A stretch of 54,099 nucleotides of DNA from a virus (Duplodnaviria > Caudoviricetes). The notes beneath the pieces were generated by a model that saw only the letters and a program-made list of their open reading frames with translations, did not search any database and was not told where the DNA came from. The stretch covers positions 1-54,099 of IMG/VR virus record IMGVR_UViG_3300006737_000043; one strand, written 5' to 3'. The translations under genes were made by a program, and so were the position numbers. This document shows positions 46,827 to 54,099 of the stretch, piece by piece (within the stretch, counting starts at the first letter, position 1; each line of letters begins with the position of its first letter).

Positions 46827-47585
46827 CTAAACGTTGTTTTTAATTTTGTATTCTAAGAACTTAGAGTACTGTTTAGTTGTAATCCTATAGCATCTTTTGC
46901 AAGACTTACACTGCATTTTTTGTTTCTCCGTGCCTGCAGTAGTAACATGGGTACCGTTGCGGATTAGGTCAACGCTGCCGCAGTTGGGACATGACCATTT
47001 GCTGCCGCCCTTGATTACTCCTGCATGAGACTTTAGTGGTACTACACCTATGATCTTCTCATACACTTGTTGTAGTAGGAGTACGTCCTGCTCGCAGTAG
47101 TCAATCATTTCTTCCATACGGCTAGCATCTCCGAATACAATGTTCTGCCATAGATCGCCGTCTACCTTTATTTTTTCTCCTAGACCAAAATACTGACCGA
47201 TATCATTTAGTCTATTAGAAGGTAAGTTTAAATTAGAGCGGACTGACTTTAGTGTGTCTAGTGTTTGCCATCTAGGTACGTTATGGACTCCGTGGTAAAG
47301 TGCTCTTGTTCTAACCCAAGGTATATCGAAGCGATCTCCGTTATGTCCTACAATTTCGTTAGCTGTGTTCATTATCTTAACGAATTCCTTGATTAGTTTC
47401 TTGTCATCTTTTTTATTGCCCCAGTCCAATGTATGGACTTCTTCCTCTTCTTGCCATTTATACGAGACGCAAATAATTTTTGCATGTTCTATTACATTAT
47501 TGTAACTTAATCGAGTCCTCCAGTGAGGACGCCAGAACCATCCTACACAAGGACTGGTTTCTATATCGAAAAATAGTCGTTTCAT
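46827..47585 (-). CDS. RNase H-fold 3'-5' exonuclease (DEDDy-type) with C-terminal zinc ribbon
   Basis: FDIET, HNGDRFD, YCEQDV; CPNCG...CKSC. Confidence 0.9.
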   Translation of the reverse strand: MKRLFFDIETSPCVGWFWRPHWRTRLSYNNVIEHAKIICVSYKWQEEEEVHTLDWGNKKDDKKLIKEFVKIMNTANEIVGHNGDRFDIPWVRTRALYHGVHNVPRWQTLDTLKSVRSNLNLPSNRLNDIGQYFGLGEKIKVDGDLWQNIVFGDASRMEEMIDYCEQDVLLLQQVYEKIIGVVPLKSHAGVIKGGSKWSCPNCGSVDLIRNGTHVTTAGTEKQKMQCKSCKRCYRITTKQYSKFLEYKIKNNV

Positions 47586-47719
47586 AAATTAATTTTTAGG
47601 TTGTTAGCAGTAGTAAAGCCACAGGAAGATGAGTTGATCAGAATAATATCTGATGACTTATTATCTTTGGTCATACTTTCTGATGAAGTAGGATTATGTT
47701 TAGATTGGATATCTAACAT
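47582..47719 (-). CDS. Putative leaderless 45-aa ORF coupled to the exonuclease, not in ORF track
   Basis: ATG 5 nt after TAACTTTG (47725-47732); its stop overlaps the exonuclease start (ATGA). Confidence 0.45.
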   Translation of the reverse strand: MLDIQSKHNPTSSESMTKDNKSSDIILINSSSCGFTTANNLKINL

Positions 47720-47724
47720 CGACA

Positions 47725-47784
47725 CAAAGTTAGGGATAAATTTTCACACAATTTGTTATGTGAATAAAGATTTTTATATATTTG
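47725..47784. promoter_or_regulatory. Divergent promoter pair: minus TAACTTTG (47725-47732) and plus TTTG-N21-TATATTTG (47752-47784)
   Basis: TAnnTTTG on both strands at the strand switch. Confidence 0.6.
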
Positions 47785-47808
47785 TGCTTGAAAGAACACA
47801 AGAGAGCA

Positions 47809-48393
47809 ATGAAATCTTACCCTTTACAGGTCCCAACTAACAAAGATAGAATCTATGATCAATTTTTGGCGATCATAAATTTTTTGGTATACGAGGTTGA
47901 CGGCTCAGCTACAAAAGCTAGTCCTCTTACAAACAAAGAACTTTCAGTATTAGCTAGTATTATGTACTACAATGACAAGTATCGTAATCTCCCACAGCCG
48001 GAGAGGTCAGAGTATATTATGAGTACTGACATTAGAAGAAAGATTAGAGAGAAACTAGATTTAAAAGCTAATCATCTTAATAATATTATTGCTAGGTTAA
48101 AACAAAAGAACTACTTAGGTAAGCCTGTGTTGAAAGATTCACAGCTATCGCCAGTTCTTGACATATACTTAGATGATGATATGTCTATAGAGTTTAAGTT
48201 AAATTATGCAGAACTACCAAAAGAGCCAGAGCCAGTTGATAGAGATCCTATCCCAGAAGTACAAACTGAGTCCCGAGAGAGTAAGCAGTTTGCTAGCGAT
48301 GATGGGAAAATTTACAGTATCAAAAATGTCGGAGATCAAGAAGGGGGAGGACAATCTGTTCGACCCGGAGACAGCCCTGACGATTCACATTAG
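47809..48393 (+). CDS. Hypothetical, possible winged-helix DNA-binding protein
   Basis: LTNKELSVLA...RRKIREKLDLKANHLNNIIARLKQK; ATG 47809 preferred; the disordered tail overlaps the next gene. Confidence 0.7.
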   Translation: MKSYPLQVPTNKDRIYDQFLAIINFLVYEVDGSATKASPLTNKELSVLASIMYYNDKYRNLPQPERSEYIMSTDIRRKIREKLDLKANHLNNIIARLKQKNYLGKPVLKDSQLSPVLDIYLDDDMSIEFKLNYAELPKEPEPVDRDPIPEVQTESRESKQFASDDGKIYSIKNVGDQEGGGQSVRPGDSPDDSH

Positions 48394-48499
48394 TCTATTT
48401 GGTAAGTTTATTCCTAAGAAAGCTAGGATGCATAAAGTTCGCCAGACCATGGCAACACTAAAGAAAAAGAATGCTATCAAGAAGAACAGAAATATTTGA
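48206..48499 (+). CDS. HU/IHF-like protein
   Basis: LIEILSQKYKLS..V N-terminal helices and IHISLFGKF strand; IHF-like genes near TerL are typical of crAss-like phages. Confidence 0.65.
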   Translation: MQNYQKSQSQLIEILSQKYKLSPERVSSLLAMMGKFTVSKMSEIKKGEDNLFDPETALTIHISLFGKFIPKKARMHKVRQTMATLKKKNAIKKNRNI

Positions 48500-48986
48500 T
48501 ACAGAGCGTAATTACTGGGAGGTGTTTCCTGAAGTGAAGCATCATGCTCAGTTTGGTCTTACATATAAAGGAGATAAGACAAAGAAAAAAACAACGTCTT
48601 CTAAAACTATGTGGGCTTTGCACCTTGTATGTCATCCGAAGTCTCTAATGTACTATGATCCAAATAAGCTAGAGAATGTAAAAGGTTTACTTCCTAAGTC
48701 GTGGGACTGGGAGTCAGACTCAGAGAGTAGTATGTTAGAGACTTACAGGGGGTTAATGCTTACAGAGGCACAGAAGGCTCTAGCGGACTGGGACGAGATG
48801 ATAAAGAAAAGATCTGCTTACCTAAAGAATCAAGAGTATGATTTAGAGAATGGGGGCGATCTTGATAAGCTGCACAGAAATACATATGCTATCTATAAAG
48901 ATTACCAGAAGATCTGTGACGAACTAACTAACGAAGAAAATTCTAATATAAATTCGCTTTCATTATCAGAGAGCGGTGAAATCTAA
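48471..48986 (+). CDS. Hypothetical protein in packaging block (possible small terminase)
   Basis: Helical ORF two genes upstream of TerL; function is inferred from position only. Confidence 0.6.
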   Translation: MLSRRTEIFDTERNYWEVFPEVKHHAQFGLTYKGDKTKKKTTSSKTMWALHLVCHPKSLMYYDPNKLENVKGLLPKSWDWESDSESSMLETYRGLMLTEAQKALADWDEMIKKRSAYLKNQEYDLENGGDLDKLHRNTYAIYKDYQKICDELTNEENSNINSLSLSESGEI

Positions 48987-48991
48987 AACAA

Positions 48992-49342
48992 ATGAGTAAG
49001 AAGAAAACTAGTGCGCCGGCAAGCCACCAAGTAACCCTGCAGAAGATCAACGCGATCGGAAAAGAAATGCAAGACTTTAACCTTAAAGCTACAGAAGCTG
49101 TAAACTACCAGAATGGTATGATACAGGTTTTACAACTAGTAGTAGATAAGATGCTAGAAGAGAATGTAGAAGTTAAAGACTTTGTAGATTTTGACGAAGA
49201 GAAGTTTAGAGAAGAGTATGGATTCTTGTTTAGAAACTATTTTATGCATACTGAAACAGGTAAGATTATTAAAGTAGTATTTCCAGAAGTAGAAGAAGAA
49301 GAACCAGAACTCGAAGATGAACTTTTGGACGACAGTAAATAA
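48992..49342 (+). CDS. Hypothetical acidic protein
   Basis: Intact ORF overlapping the TerL start. Confidence 0.7.
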   Translation: MSKKKTSAPASHQVTLQKINAIGKEMQDFNLKATEAVNYQNGMIQVLQLVVDKMLEENVEVKDFVDFDEEKFREEYGFLFRNYFMHTETGKIIKVVFPEVEEEEPELEDELLDDSK

Positions 49343-51503
49343 TTCGTCTTTTGTTCTGCCTGAGATCCCTAATCTTCATCCTATAGCTGACCGCTATGAG
49401 TATCGAGATTTTTGGAAACTCCAGAAGAGAAGAATAATTGAAGGGCATTGGGAATCTGGTAAATGGATTCCCGGCCCTTTGTATTATTATATAAACTTCC
49501 ATAATATTCTTGTAGAAGATCCTAGGACTCTTGCCCAGAAACCTGGCAAGCCTTGGCTACGTGATATAGACTGGGAGTTGTTTCTTATCTATGAAGAGTG
49601 CCGAGGGTTCTCGGGATTTACAGATGATACTGAAATAACCTGTAATAGATTTCTAGGACCAGACCGAGCGTCTATTGAAGAGATGGGAATGTTGACTCAG
49701 TACATTTCTTTAGGTGTAATACGAGAAGAAGATTTAACAAAGAAGTATATGCCTGCTCGAGCGTACCTAAGAACTATCCATGACAAAAACTTAGGCAAGC
49801 CTTTATACCAAAACTCAGCTAAGAATCTTATATCTATACAGGCCCGTGGAGGTGGTAAGTCATATGCATCCGCAGGTATTGGGGCACATAACTGGCTAAC
49901 AGGAGGTGCTATAGACTATGATGAATATCTACGAGCTAAGAAAAATAAAAGACCGCTTACATCAGATACAGTTATAGGAGCTATTGATTCTAAATGGTCA
50001 GGTCCACTACTAGATAAGATTTTGTTTGGTATGCGTAATCTACCTGGTGAGTTTGAGTACGAGTCTTCTATATTCCCTAGTCCGCTGTATAAAGGATGGT
50101 CAGGGTCAAAGAAAGAAGGATCGTTTCTTAAGAATGTAGACGGCTCATATCTATACCATAGAACTTTTAGAAATAATCCGCTAGCAGGTAATGCAGGTCG
50201 TCCTAACCTAGTAATGCTAGATGAGATTGGTTTCTTTGATATTCTTGTAGAAACTATTGGTGCATTAGAAGGAGCAGAAGCATCGAAGATGTTTAAGCGC
50301 CAGGTGCTATGGATGTTAGGTACAGGTGGTTATACTCAAGGGGGATCTGTATTATTTGCAGAGAATGTATTCCGTAATCCAGACCAATACAACTGCTTAG
50401 CGTTTGATGATACTTTTGAGTCTAGGGGTAAGATAGGATACTTTGTGCCTGTAATTCAGACTCGTAACAAGCATAAGAAAGGGCCTAATCTTATTACAGA
50501 CGAAAGCTCTGCTATGATGGAGGAGGATGTTGCAAGAGATAAGAAGCGTAAAGATCTTACTAGATATCAGGTACATATTATTAATAATCCACTTCTACCT
50601 TCTGAAGCATTCCTTGTAACAGAGGGTACTAGATTTCCTACTGTGTTACTCAAAGATCAACTATCAGAGGTGCTAGGAGGTAAGAAGAAAAGATTCCTAG
50701 ATGCTGCTTACAAGGGGTGGTTAAAGTTTAATGACAAAGAAGAGGTATACTTTGAGACAGTCCAGGATCAATTACCTATACGTACATTTCCTCTAGACAG
50801 GACTGAAAGAAAGCAAGGCTTAGTAGAACTATATGCAAAGCCTAAAAGGAATGAAGAAGACGAAATAGACTCTAGAAGATATATAGCGGGTATTGACGTT
50901 GTAGATAAAGCAAAAGCTACTACAGATTCTTTACCTTCTATTATAGTCTTTGATAGATTAACTAGAACTATTGTGGCAGAATATACGGGACGTACAGATG
51001 ACCCAAAGTTTTTCTACGAAGTTTGTAGACGTTTACTTATGTATTATAAGGCTACAGGTATGTACGAGCAGAACTTTATAGGTTTGTTTAATTATTTTGT
51101 GCAGAACAATTGTACATACTTGTTAGCAGAAACTCCATACCAACTTAGAAACTCTGATACATATAAGGTAGGAAGTAATACATCTAAAGGAATTTATAAC
51201 TCAGGTAGAATTAACGATACAGGACTAGATTATATTAACTCTTGGTTAATGGGGCCTATTTCGCCTAATAACGATAATTTAGTTTTAACTACTGTGTTAT
51301 CGCCAGCATTACTAAAAGAATTGATTAGATGGAATCCAAAAGGTAACTTTGACCGAGTTTCTGCATTAATTATGTTGTTTTGGTACGATGAAACTATGCA
51401 TAAAGCAAAAAAAGACCACACAGAGAAGAGAATGACCTTCTTAGAAAACAAATACTTTACAAAAAGAGGCGTATCTTCCTCAAGAAAAAGATTTTTTGAT
51501 TAA
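49317..51503 (+). CDS. terL: Terminase large subunit
   Basis: LYYYINF, Walker A ARGGGKS, Walker B VMLDEIG, GTGG, nuclease AGID and GNFDRVSA. Confidence 0.93.
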   Translation: MNFWTTVNNSSFVLPEIPNLHPIADRYEYRDFWKLQKRRIIEGHWESGKWIPGPLYYYINFHNILVEDPRTLAQKPGKPWLRDIDWELFLIYEECRGFSGFTDDTEITCNRFLGPDRASIEEMGMLTQYISLGVIREEDLTKKYMPARAYLRTIHDKNLGKPLYQNSAKNLISIQARGGGKSYASAGIGAHNWLTGGAIDYDEYLRAKKNKRPLTSDTVIGAIDSKWSGPLLDKILFGMRNLPGEFEYESSIFPSPLYKGWSGSKKEGSFLKNVDGSYLYHRTFRNNPLAGNAGRPNLVMLDEIGFFDILVETIGALEGAEASKMFKRQVLWMLGTGGYTQGGSVLFAENVFRNPDQYNCLAFDDTFESRGKIGYFVPVIQTRNKHKKGPNLITDESSAMMEEDVARDKKRKDLTRYQVHIINNPLLPSEAFLVTEGTRFPTVLLKDQLSEVLGGKKKRFLDAAYKGWLKFNDKEEVYFETVQDQLPIRTFPLDRTERKQGLVELYAKPKRNEEDEIDSRRYIAGIDVVDKAKATTDSLPSIIVFDRLTRTIVAEYTGRTDDPKFFYEVCRRLLMYYKATGMYEQNFIGLFNYFVQNNCTYLLAETPYQLRNSDTYKVGSNTSKGIYNSGRINDTGLDYINSWLMGPISPNNDNLVLTTVLSPALLKELIRWNPKGNFDRVSALIMLFWYDETMHKAKKDHTEKRMTFLENKYFTKRGVSSSRKRFFD

Positions 51504-51508
51504 TTTTG
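51501..51508 (+). promoter_or_regulatory. -7 promoter element (TAATTTTG) before portal
   Basis: TAnnTTTG overlapping the TerL stop. Confidence 0.5.
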
Positions 51509-51526
51509 CAACTTAAGTAGATTATC

Positions 51527-53968
51527 ATGGCAAAAAACTATACTGGAGGGACAGACGAGAATATTAAGTATACAGGTTATAACTTTCCTAACCAGAAAGT
51601 ATCAGATACAAAGAAAAATGACAAATGGTACAAAAAATGTATTGATTTCTCAGAAGGACTTGTAGGAAGTAACGAATATTATAGAGGAGAGTTTGGAAAC
51701 AAAACAGAGAACTATAACCTTAGAGCGAACATCATAGATGTACGGAACTTTGAAAAGTATATTAATCCAGCTCAATTAGATTTAGATAACTTTCCGGCTA
51801 AGTTCCAACATGTTGGTATAGGTAATGCTAAAATTGATCTACTACTAGGAGACTACATTTCTAGAAAGAGAGAGTTTAAGGTATACATCTCTGGTAAGGA
51901 TGAAGACTCTAATACTAGAAAGGAAGAAGAGTTAAAAGAAAAGCTGTTTGAGAAGACACTAGCTATACTGGCTAAAAAGCCAGACGAGAAGGCTGTGCAA
52001 AAAGAAGTAGAGAAGATTAAGCAGTTTATGACTTATGACTACCAGGATCTTGCAGAGAAGACAGCTAACCTTATCTTAACAAGAGAGTATAAAGAGAATA
52101 ACTTTGAGTTTTTATTCCGTAGAACTTTTGAGGATCTTCTAGTATCAGGAGAACAGGTTATTCAGTGTGATGTCCTAGGAGGCAGACCAGTAATGAGACG
52201 TATAGATCCTCGTAATGTCTTTACTATGGGCGGAGGATCTTCGTTGTATTTACACGAAAGAGATATTATTGTAATTTACCAGTATAGATCTATAGGACAG
52301 ATTATGGATGACTATTGGGATCATCTTACAGATAAAGATGTAAAGAAATTAGAAGAGCGTGACCAGTACCTTTCTGACTACCAGTCAGATTATTTCTTAT
52401 CTAATAGAGGAGACTTAGCTAGTCTAGTATCTAATACCGGAGAAATTACTGGTACAGATAATGGATCAACAGCTGATGATAATATTAAACTTATTTCTCC
52501 TAATGTTATTGAGAAGTATGCTTTTGGAGGGGACTTTAATGAGAAAGGAGAGATTAGAGAAGTAACTGTATACTGGAGGTCACGTCGTAAGATTGGTAGA
52601 CTTACATATATAGACGAGCTTGGCGACGAGCAGATTACATATGTAAATGAATTCTACAAGCCAAAAGAAGAGCTCGGAGAGACTGTTAAATATATGTGGA
52701 TTAACGAGTGGCTTAGAGGCACTAAGATAGGTCAAGACATTTATGTTAAGATGGAACCTGTGGCACACAGCTCAAAGTCAATGACTAATTTATCTTCAGG
52801 TACACCGCCTGTTATTGGCATGAGTTGTAATACAAATGGTTATAAAGTACAATCTTGTATGGATCTACTTAAGCCTTTTGATTATGCTTATGATATAGGA
52901 TTTTGGAAACGAGAGCTTGAGATCGCTACGTTTAAAGGAACAGCTACTGCTGTAAATACTGCTTTGATACCTTCTGGATGGGACCCTGCAGAATGGTTAC
53001 AGTATACGGCAATTGATAAGGTGATGTTCCTTGACCCAACTCAGGAAGTACTAAAGGGACCTGCTCAGGGTAAAGCCGCAGGTTCTTTTAATACATTTAT
53101 TACCCAAGAGGTTTCTATGGGTGCTAATACTACAGGTATCCAGATGTTAACTAACTATCTTGCTAACATCGAGGCTACTATGGGTAAGATTGCAGGAGTA
53201 CAGGGAGCAAGAGAAGGAGAGATTGGTACTCGTGCGGCTGTAAGAAATGTACAAGCAGAGATAAGTCAGTTTGCTAAAGTAACAGAGCGTTGGTTCCAGC
53301 TTGACTCTGAGTTCCGTAGACTTGTACTACATAAATATTTAGAAGCATGTAAGGTTGCCTACAAAGATAATCCTCAGCGTGGATCTTTCCTACTTGATGA
53401 TTTAGGCCAACAGTTTGTACAACAGTATAGCGAGTTTTCAGAAACAGAGTTTGATGTACACGTATCTGATTCTAATAATGATACTCAGCTGTTTAATGAC
53501 TTACGTCAGCTAGCACAGGCTGCTATACAGAATGGTAATGCTCAGATTGCTGACCTAGTATCTATTTATACTTCTGGGTCATCGCAGAATATTGCACGTA
53601 AACTTAAGGACTCATCAGAGCGTATGGCACAGCAGCAGAAAGAAATGCAGCAACAAGCACAGCAGTCAGCTCAGCAAATGAAGCAGATGGAGATGCAAGA
53701 TAGCCAGGCTGAACGAGAGTTTAAGGCTGTAGAGAAACAAAAAGATAGAGAATCTCAAGAGCGTATAGCTGAGATGAGATCACAGGCTATGTCTTTGAGA
53801 GGAGATGCTGATAGAGACGGGGTACCTGATTTACTAGAAGTTGAGAAAGCGAGACAAAAAGGTGTTCTTGATGCAAAGAAATTAGAATTAGAGAACAGAA
53901 AGCAGAATGAAAAGGAAAGAAACAACCGTGTAAAAGAAGAATTAGCAAAAAATAAACAAAGTTCATAA
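51527..53968 (+). CDS. Portal protein (crAss-like)
   Basis: FPNQKV..KK.DKW N-terminus, KIDLLLG, GTKIG, Q-rich coiled coil with DADRDGVPD; follows TerL. Confidence 0.9.
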   Translation: MAKNYTGGTDENIKYTGYNFPNQKVSDTKKNDKWYKKCIDFSEGLVGSNEYYRGEFGNKTENYNLRANIIDVRNFEKYINPAQLDLDNFPAKFQHVGIGNAKIDLLLGDYISRKREFKVYISGKDEDSNTRKEEELKEKLFEKTLAILAKKPDEKAVQKEVEKIKQFMTYDYQDLAEKTANLILTREYKENNFEFLFRRTFEDLLVSGEQVIQCDVLGGRPVMRRIDPRNVFTMGGGSSLYLHERDIIVIYQYRSIGQIMDDYWDHLTDKDVKKLEERDQYLSDYQSDYFLSNRGDLASLVSNTGEITGTDNGSTADDNIKLISPNVIEKYAFGGDFNEKGEIREVTVYWRSRRKIGRLTYIDELGDEQITYVNEFYKPKEELGETVKYMWINEWLRGTKIGQDIYVKMEPVAHSSKSMTNLSSGTPPVIGMSCNTNGYKVQSCMDLLKPFDYAYDIGFWKRELEIATFKGTATAVNTALIPSGWDPAEWLQYTAIDKVMFLDPTQEVLKGPAQGKAAGSFNTFITQEVSMGANTTGIQMLTNYLANIEATMGKIAGVQGAREGEIGTRAAVRNVQAEISQFAKVTERWFQLDSEFRRLVLHKYLEACKVAYKDNPQRGSFLLDDLGQQFVQQYSEFSETEFDVHVSDSNNDTQLFNDLRQLAQAAIQNGNAQIADLVSIYTSGSSQNIARKLKDSSERMAQQQKEMQQQAQQSAQQMKQMEMQDSQAEREFKAVEKQKDRESQERIAEMRSQAMSLRGDADRDGVPDLLEVEKARQKGVLDAKKLELENRKQNEKERNNRVKEELAKNKQSS

Positions 53969-54031
53969 GGAAAAACCATAGACCTTGAGAAAATCTGTGA
54001 AAACCTATTAGAAATTTTGTGATTAGTATAT

Positions 54032-54039
54032 TAATTTTG
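54032..54039 (+). promoter_or_regulatory. -7 promoter element (TAATTTTG)
   Basis: TAnnTTTG in the intergenic gap after portal. Confidence 0.55.
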
Positions 54040-54058
54040 TAAATGAATAAAAAGAGCT

Positions 54059-54099
54059 ATGGCTAAAAATCCATTTGAAGGAGTACAATTGGTAACACC
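54059..54099 (+). CDS. Start of the next head-module gene (truncated; MAKNPFEGVQLVT...)
   Basis: ATG after an A-rich leader, open to the window end. Confidence 0.55.
   Translation, partial: MAKNPFEGVQLVT

Noticed and set aside
47601-47840. 79-aa plus-strand ORF with TTG start
   Set aside because: It spans the divergent promoters, lies antisense to a better-supported minus ORF, and has no recognisable features.
38621-51503. Inteins or group I introns in polA and terL
   Set aside because: Both ORFs are continuous and of normal length, with no splicing motifs seen.
1-54099. Genome-wide TAG recoding as in some crAss-like phages
   Set aside because: Very long ORFs are uninterrupted under the standard code, and TAG ends several genes cleanly (e.g. 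23018, 45398, 46827).
1-54099. CRISPR array, integrase, transposase or diversity-generating retroelement
   Set aside because: No regularly spaced DNA repeats, recombinase, transposase or reverse transcriptase motifs were seen.

Overview
This window is a fragment of a crAss-like (Crassvirales-type) dsDNA phage genome, most likely infecting Bacteroidota. The host call rests on repeated TAnnTTTG promoter elements and a general lack of Shine-Dalgarno sites. The genetic code is standard. Layout: (1) 1-22244 (+), giant virion cargo/ejection proteins, including a 4210-aa polyprotein with the virion RNA polymerase (DFDVDK) and a zincin protease (HEVGH). (2) 22245-25772 (-), a late cassette with a holin, LamG-like proteins, an HTH protein and a thermonuclease. 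(3) 25783-40606 (-), a replication block: UDG, PD-(D/E)XK nuclease, RusA-like resolvase, rIIA/rIIB, primase, SSB-like protein, AAA ATPase, DnaB, SF2 helicase, DnaA-C-like HTH and PolA. (4) 40606-47719, small early/accessory genes, tRNA-Arg(TCT) and a structured non-coding region at about 45.8-46.1 kb. (5) 47809-end (+), HU/IHF-like, terminase and portal. The most interesting signals concern maturation of the ejected proteins. First, about 7,360 aa of cargo protein contain only two cysteines, which face each other across the junction of the two largest proteins. Second, a five-copy D-x-x-[R/G]-[L/P]-[L/I]-P motif falls at or near domain boundaries and may mark zincin cleavage sites. Third, a candidate -1 frameshift signal (A_AAC_CCG, stop, 7-bp hairpin) would append an M15-like peptidase to a cargo protein. 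Also noted are a putative promoter- and terminator-bounded ~105-nt RNA carrying an anti-SD-like sequence, and two genes interrupted by an in-frame TAG or a 1-nt indel. All family calls come from motif recognition by eye; no searches were run.
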